Positions 13,401 to 25,705 of a DNA stretch of 64,000 nucleotides are shown here, piece after piece. Position numbers and translations under genes: made by a program. Source of the DNA: Antedon mediterranea (Eukaryota; Animalia; Echinodermata); contig NC_092672.1 of assembly GCF_964355755.1 (NCBI RefSeq), positions 35,160,437-35,224,436 of the forward strand. The letters run 5' to 3'. Below the pieces are notes generated by a model, which ran no database searches, was not told where the DNA came from, and worked only from the letters and a program-made list of their open reading frames with translations. Position 1 is the first letter of the stretch, and each line of letters begins with the position of its first letter.

Positions 13401-14575
13401 CGGATACAGATAACCAGAGATGGTGTTTGTACGTTACGGATACAGATAACATCTTCACACAAATAAACACAAACCCGTATTAATTAAAACTTCACACAAA
13501 TACGAACCACGGTCCCTGCAGTGTTTTAATTTTTATAAACGATTTACTATAGCGATCATAGGTAGAGGCAAGATGCTCATACACAGTCTTTTCAATTTTT
13601 ATATATGATTTGTAGAATAGACTATTACACTGATAATAAGTCTGAATATTTGTCAAATTACCGGTACGTGTTTTTAATCTACAGCCGCCTGCGAAACGTC
13701 CCAAACCATCTAAAGAGAGGCCACCGTTAAGAATACCTGTACCACAAAAATATATCGAGAAGGTACTCAGTGCCCATCCTAAGGTCAAAGGTCAACTGAA
13801 CAAGGTCAAGTTCTTTTGCAGAGAGGTCAAGAAATGTTTAAAAAATCTTGAAGTAAGGAAAAACCATTAGCAATTTGTAATTAATTTGTGTAAGAGTAAC
13901 TGTGACTAATTAATTGCGGGGGTTACAGAATAACCGTGTTATCAGTAGCACCTATAGAGGGAGTATACGTGCGGCAAACATTTTAAACAGCCCACTCATA
14001 ATTTTATCCTTTTTTTTTCTTAGATAACTTTCAACAAAATGCAGAGTACAACCGCATTGTATCAGTATCAAGTGACGGCAACAAAAAACACTTGGTCAAA
14101 ACAAAGACAAAAACGAAGACAAAATGAGAGAATGCAGGGAGATACGATTGCAGAAACAGACGCACAGCAACAACACACAGAAGAATTTACAAACAGATGT
14201 GCAAATAATGATGCTGTAGACATCAGAGAAACTGAAAAAAGTGATCAGAAAAATGAACTATTAAAAAAAGATCATATGATAGACAATGATTTACTAAACA
14301 GTGGATATGATACAATGAGTGGTGTAGCACACACGAGTAACCATGGAGATAAATCACAAACTATAGAGGGAGCAGCAGTTGGACAATCCAATGCGGATAA
14401 AATGGACTTCCTCTTTAAATGTGTTCTTGCAATTAAAATGGAAGACGGCAATATTTTGGTGGAATTGAGTTGGATCGACGGAAAAAGTCGAGAGTTCATG
14501 CATCAGTTTGGACAGTATTTAAAAAACTTTTTCAAGCGAGAGATTTCAGTTTATATTCAACAACAGCTTCTCTAA
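10494..14575 (+). CDS. METTL16: RNA N6-adenosine methyltransferase METTL16 (U6 snRNA m6A methyltransferase), 7 coding exons
   Basis: Exons 10494-10821, 11197-11337, 11734-11992, 12343-12412, 12807-12896, 13685-13852, 14024-14575. Motifs MHPRN, IPTVPLRLNYILWIEDLL, GIDIGCGSSCIYPLLG, MCNPPFF, GGEVEFV, TEFCQGRTMRWGVAW and a VCR/KA1-like C-terminus (ELSWIDG...QYLKN). Confidence 0.95.
11515..11687. mobile_element. Palindromic MITE-like element with ~65-bp inverted arms, each carrying CCAGAGGGCGC
   Basis: Left arm 11515-11580 and right arm 11621-11687 are imperfect reverse complements. Central palindrome GATGTAAATTTACATC. Confidence 0.7.
12583..12756. mobile_element. Harbinger-like MITE, family A, with expanded internal 21-bp repeats
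   Basis: TIRs, TTA flanks, four copies of CCCAAATATAGTAGTGATAT(T/G). Confidence 0.85.
13013..13450. repeat. Perfect 36-bp tandem repeat x12 (GATAACCAGAGATGGTGTTTGTACGTTACGGATACA) in a METTL16 intron
   Basis: Identical units with no spacers. Explains the three repetitive ORFs in the ORF track. Confidence 0.97.
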
Positions 14576-15086
14576 GATTTATTTTATTGACCAAAAGGAA
14601 ATTGACTATTATCTATATTAACCTATTTTCTAAAGCTCTGTCTACACTAACATAAATAAAAAGTGTTCCCAAAAGTTTTATAGTGCAGACAGAGCTAATT
14701 AGAAAGTAGAAAAGTTAAGATTACTGATTGTCTTTTATTAGTTGCGTTATTTTTATATTTTAAAAATCCGTCCAGTATTTTTATAAGCAATGTGACAAAG
14801 TTCTTTTCTAAGTTTAAAAACATAACAGAAAGATTGTTTTGTATTGATTATATTTTTAATAAAGATACTAAAAGCACTTGTTATACTTATATTTTGTTGT
14901 ACTGTACTAGGCCTAACTGATAATATGTTTATTTTTTTGTCAGCAAATTAGTAAGTAATAGGCTATAAATAGTAAAAACAATCTTAATACAGTCGAAGTA
15001 CTAGTTAAGTTAATAAGTTATAATTAATATAAAATTATTAATATTCAGTATTTTTTATTTCCCTGCCTCTTTTCCACAAAAACTAT

Positions 15087-15095
15087 AGAGGGCGG
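15087..15095 (+). promoter_or_regulatory. AGAGGGCGG promoter motif of EIF3C
   Basis: About 55 bp upstream of the 5'-UTR donor G|GTAAGT at 15149. Confidence 0.5.
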
Positions 15096-15571
15096 ACTTT
15101 AACACAATCACACGCGGGTTTTGTAGGCTGGGTAATTGCGGCAATACGGTAAGTTTTGATGAATAAAAATTACATTTTATTAAGTAATTTTTAATAATTA
15201 TTGTGAGTAATATATAAAATGAATACTTCAATAAACATATGCTCATAATTAAGTAAGGTTTAGTTGTGTATTTTTGCTTCGTGAGAGATATAAACCGTAG
15301 GCCGGTTTAATTAATTTCGCAAACGTCCTAAATCGCCGGTCCTCCTTTGACGAACGAAGCCTTCCTCCCCGCCCAGATACAGTTGGGAAATCGGAGGTAA
15401 AACAATTAAATTTAATACAGGTACTGTATTAATTCGGTCTAGTATTTGGTGGATTTAAATTAATACAAAATGATTTGCTTAGAAACTTTTTGATTTTTGT
15501 TCTCAAGAAATTTAAATAAAAATGAGTCTGAATTGAATTTTCCATTCTTCTTTCACTGTTTCAGCAACAAT

Positions 15572-18500
15572 ATGTCTGGTTTTTTCAAAACCGGATCGTC
15601 CTCAGAGAGTGACCGTTCATCAGGAGAAGAAGACAATGTACCGCAAGTAGCGCCAACCAAGTCCACGACAACACGCTTTGGGTTTAGTGATGATGAAGAA
15701 GACACAAAGAGAGTAGTTAGAAGTGCAAAAGACAAAAAGTATATTAATTTGTCAATAATATTTTGATAATTTAATAATATAAAAAAATGAATAATATTTA
15801 TGTTAATATGTCATCCCCTGATATACGCTTTATTTATGTGTGGCTACTGTGGGCTTATGCGGACTCATTTGTAGTTAGTAACCATTTAAAAATTTATTTT
15901 TTCATACATCAATCTGTCTTTTAAATGATTTGAGTTATAAATACATACATTCAAATTAATTTGCCTCCCTAAGGAGAAACATTATAAAAAGTGACAGACA
16001 CATCTAAATATTCACATTAATCATAAAAAGAAAATCAAAAACATTACAGCAAGTCCAATAATTGATATCCATAATTTATTTATATTATTTTTTTTCAGAT
16101 TTGAAGAAATCAATGATGTTATACGGTTAATAAAAAATCACAAGAAGATTAAAGATATATCAAAAGTGCTTACCGGATTTGAGGATCTTCTTAAATGTTT
16201 CCAGAAGAACAAAGCCGTACTGAGTACTGACGATAAAAAACTGCCACGATTTTACATCAGAACTCTGGTTGAACTTGAGGATTTTATAAATGAAGTGAGA
16301 TTATTTAACTTATATTCTAGACTAATTATGCACTTGTCAATTGACCCCTAAATGACCCCCAGGAGAGGTGCATCATTTACAAATAATTATTGATGCAGGT
16401 TTGCGTCAAAAAACTTAGATGGTACGTCACATCAATGGTGTGTCGATGTCCGTCACTTTACCACCCACCATATCATGAACAACATGGTCACAGTGCGTCA
16501 AAATGGGTGCGTCATGGTCACCTAAAGATAAGTCATATTTTTTACGCATGTGTGTGTCATGCTATTCATAAGGTATGACGCACATCGGACAATTGATGCA
16601 CCTCTCTCGGGGTCGTATAGTGGGTTATACAATTGACAAGTGCATTAACAAAATCTTAAATACTATTAATACTATTAATTGTTTTAATAATTTTTTATCA
16701 ATACAGATATATGAAACTTTTAACATTAATTTTTAAAATTCAAAGTTACACTGACCTACTACTTCTTGATCTTCACAACTTGTAGAATTGTGTTGAAGGG
16801 GAGCTTTGTTTTTAATACTATACATATGTCAAAGTTGAATCATTTGTCTTTGTAATATTTCAGTGTTGGGAGGACAAGCGTAAATTCAACAAAGTGAACG
16901 GTAAATCTCTTGCAACACTACGCCACAAATTGAAGAAACATAACAGAGATATTGATGAGGAAATCAAAGCTTATAGAGAGGTATGACCATCATGTTTTGA
17001 CTGTAACCTTTGACCTTAATGTTCTGGAACTATTTTTTTGCTTTGTCAAGGTCAGCTCTACCCACAATGAGGTGGTGGTTGTTTTGGGTGTAGGTCCACC
17101 CCCAACTTAAGTTTAAGGTTTTTTAATGATTTTTTTTTTAATGTAGAATCCTGATGTTTCCGATGCTGAGAAAGGTGGAGATGATGATGAAGATGAATGT
17201 AAGTATTTAACAAATATGGTAGTCATATGCCCAAATATGATAGTGATATGACATCATCATGTCCATATATAGGCACATCACATTTTTTTGTCAAGTTTGA
17301 TAGACAAGGCTTTATAGAGGTGTCCATTGAATAGAGGTTGGCCATAGTGATAAAACATATTGCTACTTGTTTGTTTCACAGAAAGTGTCCTCTTAATAGA
17401 GGTGTCCCTTGAATAGGAGTTTCCCAGCCTAGGATTTCTACTCTATATTATTACAAATTTTTAACATTAACATCTGTTTATTTGTTAGCGTCTGATGATG
17501 ACACTGGGAGAATCGAGAAGAAAGTTGAAGAGAAACGGATACCTCTTGTAAGTGTAATTCATTTATTTTGATGTATGTTTTATTCTATATTTATTTATTT
17601 ATATCAACAATATTTTACGAGGGTGGTCCATCCAGCCGAAGCTGATCATTAGGGACCCACACAAAAATACATCATATAATATATTGTATGAATTTAGATG
17701 AAATTAGGAAATTTAAGAATTATCACAAATTAAATGGATCATTTTATTAAAATATAATATTTGATTTTTGCAGGGTTCTGATGACGAAGATGATTTTTTT
17801 TTTGATGACGGCGATTCTTCATCTTCGTCATCTTCTGATGACGAAGGAGGAGAAAGAACGTTTACAGCTGAGTATTTCTTGAAAAAGTAAGTTATTGTTA
17901 CAAAAAATATTACAAATGTATTAACCTGGATGTATTTTCAACAACTTGGGTTGACCGAATGTATTTTTAACAACTTGGGTTGACCGGATGTATTTTCAAC
18001 AACTTGGGTTGACCGGATGTATTTTCAACAATTTGGGTTGACCGAATGTATTTTCAACAACTTGGGTTGACCGGATGTATTTTCAACAACTTGGGTTGAC
18101 CGGATGTATTTTCAACAACTTGGGTTGACCGGATGTATTTTCAACAACTTGGGTTGACCGGATGTATTTTCAACAATTTGGGATCATATTATAGTTGCGG
18201 TTTTGGGATGATTTTTTAAGAAAAAGGAAACTATTTTAATATTTAGAGAGAAAACACCAGCAGATAAGGATAAGCAACGAGAAAAGGAAGAAAGAAGACA
18301 ACAGCGTGAATTAGATAGAAAGAAAAGAGAAGAAGAAGAAGACAATGATGGCGGCTGGAAGAAGGTCAGAGGAATCCCAGCTCACTCGGTAAGCAATCTT
18401 AAAAGTTAAAATTAATTTTGTAGTGTAGTCAGCGCTCAAAATTTCTTCTTTTTTTTTCGACTAGGAACCTTGTTGTAAACTAGCAAAATCAGCAGCCTAA

Positions 18501-21500
18501 CTAGCAATACAACTTTGTTGGTAAAATAGTTAAATTCTACAAAAAGCTGAATTTAGGTGTAGGCCTAGCTAGGCCAAGCTATTACTAGTACTTTGTTAAC
18601 TCGACAATCATATGCTTAAGCTTTTTTAACAAAATTAAAAAATAGAAATAATGAAAAATCTACTAGCAAAATGTTAAATTGCTAGCGTGAATTCCAAGCC
18701 CTGTGTAGTGCACATTTAAGTAAAGGTTTCCAGTGTAAAGGACCTCTGTACATGGTAATTATGATAAATGATAAATTTTGTGTATCAGGAAAAACCCAAG
18801 ATGTTTGCCAAGGATGCCGAGATCACGCATACACTCGTCCTAAAGAAGTTGAACGAGATCACCGCTGCACGTGGCAAGAAGGGGACTGATCGCAGCTACC
18901 AAATTAACATGCTACGAGAATTGAGGAAGATTTCCGGCGAGAATCAACTAGGAATTGGAATGGACCTGAAGATCCTAATGAATATAGGATCCTCAATATT
19001 TGATTACAACCCAAATGTGGCTAGTTGTATGAAAGATAATATGTGGGACAGGTTAGCCAAATATTACAATATTGAATCTATTAAATCAGGAAATGCCATT
19101 TAAGTGGAGTTTTGGAGTGGAGTTGTGGCTTGGTGGTTATGATGCTTGGCTACCAATCCAATGGTCCTGGTTTCAAGTCCTGTCATTTCTGGATTATTTC
19201 TAACTACAAATTACAACTCCACTTCCCAAAGACTTGTAATAAGACTTTGTTTATGTAGAGCATCTTGTGTATGTTTGTCTTGTGAACAGGATTACCACCT
19301 TTTAAAAGGATAGTGAATGAATTCGCTTACTTGGTTATCCTTGGCAATTTACCTAAATATATTAACAAAGGCCATTTATATCTGTTTATGAATTTTTGTT
19401 TATTATATTATACATTTTCTTTAAACGCCATTTACATTTATTTATGGCTAGATATATAAATGATTAGTTTAAATAAAGTTTATTTTATTTTTTCAGCTTT
19501 TTGGAGTTTATTAATGAAATGCTTGACATAGCCTCAAATAACATGGACATTGAATTCTCTCATGATGTACCACTGGATCATGAACAATTAGAGGTAATAT
19601 ATTGTATTCAAGGTTTTTTTATAAAGCTCTATCTACATTATCAAATTTTATATGACAACAAAATGGACATGATGATTTAAGAAAGGCAATATCGTATATC
19701 CTATTTCAGTGGTCACATAACCATTTGAAAATGTCTTTTGATATACTATATAAAGCTCTGTCTACCAATATATATGGACATGATGATGTCATCACTATCA
19801 TATTTAAGCATATCACTTACCATATTTGGGCACGTCACACTTTTTTTGGGTCAAACTAGTGTAGACAGAGCTTTAAATGTAGAGGTACACATAGCTGCAA
19901 TAGTTTGTTAAACCCCACTTACACATCTGCCAATATTTGTATAGACTGCTCCGTATGCTATTTCTGGTTGTCCATTGACTGTTGTGGAACGACTTGACAA
20001 GGAGTATGTCAAAATACTTCAGAATACTGATGCCCATTCAACTGAATATGTCAGAAGGTAGGTTTTTTTTTTTTTTCATTCTCATTTAGTGCAGTTGCAT
20101 TCACTTTCAAATGCTCTCCAAAAACAATAAATGACCAAGGAATAACATTTTTTTTTAAATACATGCTTCTCTTTTTTTTTTTTTATTTATTTTCTCTTTA
20201 TATTATAATTTGATACCTAGACTTCAAGATGAGCAGAAAATCTGTTCTATTATCACTCGTCTTCAAAAGTACATTGAGGCTAAAGGAACACCAGCAGAAA
20301 TTTGCAGGAACTACCTACTTCAAATTGAACATATGTACTATAAGGTTAGTTGTTGTTTATGTACACTGGTGGCCTGACTAATGAAAGCAAACATTTTTTT
20401 TAAACTGTACATTATAATACGATTACCATTCTGTTACGATTTGGTACGTAAACAGGGAACGATTAAACGCAAACGTTACATAACAGGCAACGATTGAATG
20501 TAATCGTAATTAAAATTACCTCACGACTTTTTAACCATTGATTTTGAATGAATTTTGAATTATTTTTTTTATCGGAATTTAATAGTACGACTATAAAAAT
20601 CTGAAACAAGTGTCGAAAGAAGACATAAAGGAGAAGCAAGAAAATGGAAAAGATGTTGAAGAAGAAAAGAAAGATGAGGAAAAGAAGGATGAGGAGAAGA
20701 AAGAAGAAGAAAAGAAAGATGAAGAGAAGAAAGATGAGGAGAAGAGAGAAGAAGAAAAGACAGATGAGAAGAAAGATGAAGAGAATAAAGAAGAGGTCAC
20801 CAAAAAGGAACCAGAGACACCAAAAGGTTAGTTGATATTTATTTTAAATTCAAATTCCATTATTTAGTATTACAATACATGTATACTGCCTAATAAAAAT
20901 ATTGGATCCATGGACGGAACCAGTGTGGTGCCCAGTTGGCCCCTCCCCCTAAATTTAAAAAATACTGCAAAATTTCAGCACTTTATTTAACACTTTATAT
21001 GCCAAAATCCTGGATCCGCATCTGGTGTTTCATTTATATCCATTATGCAATTTTGCACTTGCCAAACAGTTCAAGTTTATTGTTTCACACAATAGAATAT
21101 ACAGAACATAAATGAATACAATAAATAAAACATTTAAACATTCTGATATGATCCACGTACAAAATATATTCTATTGCTTAGAGGACGTTGCTGACTTCAT
21201 GGACCGAATGTGCAAATATATCTACACAAAGGATTCTACAAATCGTATTCGTACACGAGCGATGTTGTGTCACATCTACCATCACGCCATGCACGATCGT
21301 TGGTACCAAGCGCGTGACCTTATGCTGATGTCACACTTGCAAGATACTATTACTCATTCTGATATTCCAACACAGGTAAGTAACATTAATATTTATAGTA
21401 ATATTTTGTATTTTTGTATTTTGTTTCTGTTATCGTTTTAAGAATACATAAGCACTACACTACACTATCAAACTTTATGTGCCCATATATGGACATGATG

Positions 21501-24378
21501 ATGTCATATCACTACATATTTGTGCATGTCACTACCATATTTGGGCACATCATTACCATATTTGGGCACATCACTACCACATTTAGACACAATTTTTGTC
21601 AAACTAGTGTACCCTTTCTCTATATGTATTCGTCTTTTACCAATATTCTGTCAGTAGTTTGATAGTCCTCATACTCATTCATACTTGTTCAAAGGAAGGT
21701 GCCATTACATTCTTTCTATGCTTTTTGATTATTTAACAAACAGTGTTGTCTTGAAATGGAAAATGGGTAAATGTAGTTTATACAATTTTCTTTACTTTTT
21801 AATTGGTAGATTCTGTACAATAGAACATTGGTTCAACTAGGTCTTTGTGCTTTTCGTCATGGAAACGTAAAAGATGCCCACAATGCCTTGCTAGACATCC
21901 AGAGTGGAGGGCGAGCAAAAGAACTTTTAGCTCAGGTGAGCAATACAAGTTTATAAGTTTATTTCAATTGACAGAGCTTAAGAACCTCTATTAAGGGTTG
22001 ACCGTGTAATTTAAAAATGGTGTCAACATGAAAAATAAACTAGTTTCCTGTTTGTTTTAGGGTTTACTGATGCAGAAGCAAATGGAAAGAAGTCCAGAAC
22101 AGGAGAAGATAGAAAAACGACGACAAATGCCCTTTCACATGCACATCAACTTGGAATTACTGGAGTGTACTTATCTAGTGTCTGCAATGCTCATTGAGAT
22201 ACCTTATATGGCATGTAAGTATACTGCAGTTGGCTTGCATCAGTTGAATTAGATGAATTTTACCATAGTTAAACGAGTCCTCTGATTAAAACGTTAAAGC
22301 TCTGTCTACTCTATCAAACTATTTTTACAAAAAAGTGTGATATGCCCAAATATGGTAGTGATATGACATCATTCATGTCCATATATAGGCACATCACCTT
22401 TTTTTGACACATAAAGTTTGATAGTGTAGACAAAGCTTTAGATTGGCATAGGTTGATTGTAACTAATGTAGCATTTTCATTAAATATTAGGAAAAATCAT
22501 GTCCTCAAAAAAACAAATTATAGACAACCTACCGCTAAACGTTCTGGAAATACTGTACATATATGATAGATAATAAAGTTATAAATACATTATTATTAAA
22601 TATAATTGTTTTTTTTTTTTTAGCCCATCAGTTCGACATCCGTCGCAGAATGATCAGCAAAAGTTTCCATCACCAGCTGCGCTTGAGTGAACGTCAATCT
22701 CTCGTCGGGCCTCCAGAGAGCATGCGTGAACACGTCATGGCAGCGTCACGAGCTATGCGACTCGGTGACTGGAAAGCCTGTCGCGATTTCTTGATCAATA
22801 AAAAGATGATGACAAAGGTGTGGAGTTTGTTTCACAATAGGGATGAGGTTCTGGAGCTTCTTACAAGGTGGGTACACTGGATAAATATACATCTAAAGCT
22901 CTGTCTACGATATGACATCATCATGTCCATATATGGGCACATCATATTTTTTTGTCATATATAGAGTTTGATAGTGTAGGCAGAGCTTTAGAAGTATATT
23001 TATAAATTTATTTATTAATTAACATTAACAATTTATCTTCCACTAAATAATTTATACACTTTATTTACTGCATTTGTTTCATTTGTAGGAAAATCCAAGA
23101 GGAGAGTTTAAGAACATACTTGTTTACTTACGGCAGTGTGTATGATTCCATCAGGTAAATACAACCATTTTTTACAGATTTGTGTAGTTGAGAGGACCTT
23201 TAATATTTACTCCTCTCTACCTTAACCCCCTTGTTACACTGTTTGATCACATACCATTCATAGATATTGTTACTTAAGCGAACGGAAATAATTATTTTTT
23301 AATCTGTAAACTGCCCAGGTGAGGTGAGTTCATACACTGTCCTCCTCAAATGAACCACATTAACCAGAGTACAATACAAGAAATACATATATATATTTCT
23401 TTTGACAGCATGGTAACACTGTCAGAACGTTTTGAAGTTGACAAAGCCGTCGTCCACAGTATCATAAGTAAGATGATCATTGGTGAGGAGTTAAGTGTAA
23501 GTAATAAAAACTTAGTTATTAGTATTTTATTGTTTAGTTACTTTCTTATCTAAATTAATGTTAATAATGTTTAAATATTAATAATCAATGTCTTCAGGCT
23601 TCATGGGATGAACCAGCCGCAACAATCGTCATGCACAGATGCGAGCCGACACGCATTCAGACTCTGGCGCTACAGCTCTCCGAGAAAGCCAACAATCTTG
23701 TTGATAACAATGAACGTCTCATTGAGCACGGCGGTGAAGGCCGAGGTCGTGGTATGGACGATCGCGAGGGTCGACAACAAGGACGTGGAAAACAATACGG
23801 AAACAAGAATTACTCAAACCGTAGCTACACTGGAGGAAATCGTTCGTACGGTGGAAACAGAAATTCCAATTATCAAGGTATTGTTTTATTGATTGGTATT
23901 GTTTTATTGATTGGTATTGTTTCTATTGATTGGTATTGTTTCTATTGATTGGTATTGTTTCTATTGATTGGTATTGTTTTATTGATTGGTATTGTTTCTA
24001 TTGATTGGTATTGTTTTATTGATTGGTATTGTTTCTATTGATTGGTATTGTTTCTATTGATTGGTATTGTTTTATTGATTGGTATTGTTTCTATTGATTG
24101 GTATTGTTTCTATTGATTGGTATTGTTTTATTGATTGGTATTGTTTCTATTGATTGGTATTGTTTTATTGATTTATTGATTGGTATTGATTTATTGATTG
24201 GTATTGTTTATTGATTGGTATTGTTTCTATTGATTGGTATTGTTTTAATTGATTGGTATTGTTTTATTGATTGGTATTGTTTCTATTGATTGGTATTGTT
24301 TTATTGATTGATGATACTAATTACATTGTTTCATTTCTTATATATCTTTCAGGTCGAAGACGTCAACAACGTTATTGA
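15572..24378 (+). CDS. EIF3C: Eukaryotic translation initiation factor 3 subunit C, 20 coding exons
   Basis: Exons 15572-15738, 16099-16294, 16864-16980, 17147-17198, 17489-17547, 17774-17886, 18247-18388, 18789-19051, 19497-19593, 19945-20057, 20221-20344, 20586-20826, 21182-21375, 21810-21935, 22061-22214, 22624-22867, 23089-23154, 23409-23496, 23598-23877, 24353-24378. Motifs [60 protein letters not shown] and a PCI domain. Confidence 0.95.
16329..16644. mobile_element. Harbinger-like MITE (distinct family)
   Basis: TIR TGCACTTGTCAATTG...CAATTGACAAGTGCA, inner inverted GAGAGGTGCATCA/TGATGCACCTCTC, TTA on both flanks. Confidence 0.75.
17926..18182. repeat. 29-bp minisatellite, about 9 copies (GATGTATTTTCAACAACTTGGGTTGACCG)
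   Basis: Tandem units visible in an EIF3C intron. Confidence 0.92.
19118..19300 (+). mobile_element. Second tRNA-derived SINE family (other copies at about 27698-27860 + and 51255-51366 -)
   Basis: GTTGTGGCTTGGTGGTTATGATGCTTGGCTACCAATCC...GGTTTCAAGTCCTGTCA with A-box and B-box spacing, seen three times in the window. Confidence 0.7.
22298..22437. mobile_element. Harbinger-like MITE, family A
   Basis: TIRs and TAA/TTA flanks. Confidence 0.8.
23877..24310. repeat. 18/19-bp minisatellite (GGTATTGTTT(C/T)TATTGATT-type) filling the last EIF3C intron
   Basis: More than 20 tandem units starting at the splice donor. Confidence 0.93.
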
Positions 24379-24516
24379 TGAAAGTGCACCCCGCAAGAAT
24401 ATGTAGAACCACCAGTCACGGCTCTAACTGTCGATCTTCAATATTTAGATTTTAAAAATATGATTTATCATATATTCTTTTTAGTTCTATTATATCATGC
24501 TATATAATTTTGGTTT

Positions 24517-24715
24517 GGCCCTATGATGGACCTATCATGGGGCTTGGCCCTATGATGGACCTATCATGGCAGTATCAATACCATACTGAGACAAGGGTTT
24601 AGCCCTATGATGGACCTATCATGGCAGTATCAATACCATACTGAGACAAGGGTTTAGCCCTATGATGGACCTATCATGGCAATATCAATACCATACTGAG
24701 ACAAGGGTTTAGCCC
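24517..24715. repeat. 55-bp tandem repeat x3 plus a partial unit in the EIF3C 3' UTR
   Basis: GCCCTATGATGGACCTATCATGGCAGTATCAATACCATACTGAGACAAGGGTTTA units. Confidence 0.9.
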
Positions 24716-24873
24716 AGTACAAACATTGAAATATATTATGGTCATTCATGCACGAATGGAATGGAATAGTCTCTCCAGCTTTGTGTTCAAAACGAGTTGG
24801 AGATCCTTGAAACTTTAACCCAATCAAATGTCGTATTCGATTGGGAGTTTTGCCGTTGAGTATACTTCCATTA

Positions 24874-25705
24874 AGCCTATTTTACACTAGACGAATTTAT
24901 TCGCGCGACGCGAATTATTTCGCCGCGAAAAAGTTCGCGCGATTGTATATTTTATTTTACACTAGCAATTCGTGATTCGATTCGCTCGGTAGTTTTCGCG
25001 CCATTAGCGGTGATTAGCGCGAAATTAAAATGGCTGCAGTGAATGTTAGACAACTAACCATCGTTTTCATATTAATCACAGACTGATATTTTTATTTACG
25101 AAACTAAAATTATAGAACAGTAGTATACCTAGGCCTAGGCTAGGCCTAGTACTACTTACCGTCTTTGTTAAAGACTTGCCCTATTTTCACCCAGGCAGTT
25201 TGTTTTATCGGCCTGTTCTTATAGCCCTCACAGTGAGTGTCCCAGAGACATCTATATTTTCTGACCACTTCCAAGAACAGTTCCTTGTCAAATTCTAGTG
25301 CAAAATTTGGCTCTTCGATGTTTTCCTCGATATCAGTAGCATCAATTGTACTACTATAAATTGAACTAGTAGTACTAGTATCACCGAACCATGACATTAT
25401 TATTATTTTCATCCATTTTTTTCTCGGGGGGGGGGGGGGGATGAGGAATAAAAGGTCAGGTCTGGTCAGGTTACAAGTATGACGTCGAAATCTCTATCGA
25501 TTTGATTGGCTTGCGCTTTATTTCGCTGCGACGATCAACGAAAAAGTTAAAACTGGTCGAACTCACTTTTTCGTCGCGGCGAAAAATTGCGAGCTGCTAG
25601 AGCGATGCAGCGAAGGTGACGTTTCAAGGAAAAAACAAACAGCGCATGCGTATCCTCGAAATAATTCGCGTCGCGCGAATAAATTCGCCTAGTGTAAAAT
25701 AGGCT
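24874..25705 (-). mobile_element. Internally deleted PIF/Harbinger transposon carrying a MADF/Myb-like exon
   Basis: ~48-bp near-perfect TIR AGCCTATTTTACACTAG(A/G)CGAATTTATTCGCGCGACGCGAATTATTTCG, TTA target duplication, internal MADF-like ORF. Confidence 0.88.
25160..25412 (-). pseudogene. First exon of Harbinger Myb/SANT-like (MADF) accessory protein; remainder deleted
   Basis: FLEVVRKYRCLWDTHCEGYKNRPIKQTAWVKIG fits the MADF pattern (L/I..V....LWD.....YKN......AW..I) and ends at donor G|GTAAGT. Confidence 0.8.

Noticed and set aside
13013-13450. 36-bp repeats as a CRISPR array or as 154-166 aa repeat proteins
   Set aside because: Units are contiguous with no spacers, there are no cas genes, and the context is a eukaryotic intron. 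The ORFs arise because 36 is divisible by 3.
18430-18703. hAT-like MITE (CAGCGCTC...AAGCCCTG)
   Set aside because: TIRs are degenerate and no clean 8-bp TSD could be assigned, so it is not listed as a feature.
24376-24381. TGATGA at the EIF3C end as selenocysteine or readthrough
   Set aside because: Tandem stops at the expected C-terminus and no SECIS recognised.
24517-24715. Hammerhead ribozyme or C/D snoRNA in the 55-bp repeats
   Set aside because: No CUGANGA/GAAA core. The C-like (ATGATGG) and D-like (CTGA) boxes are imperfect and too close together.
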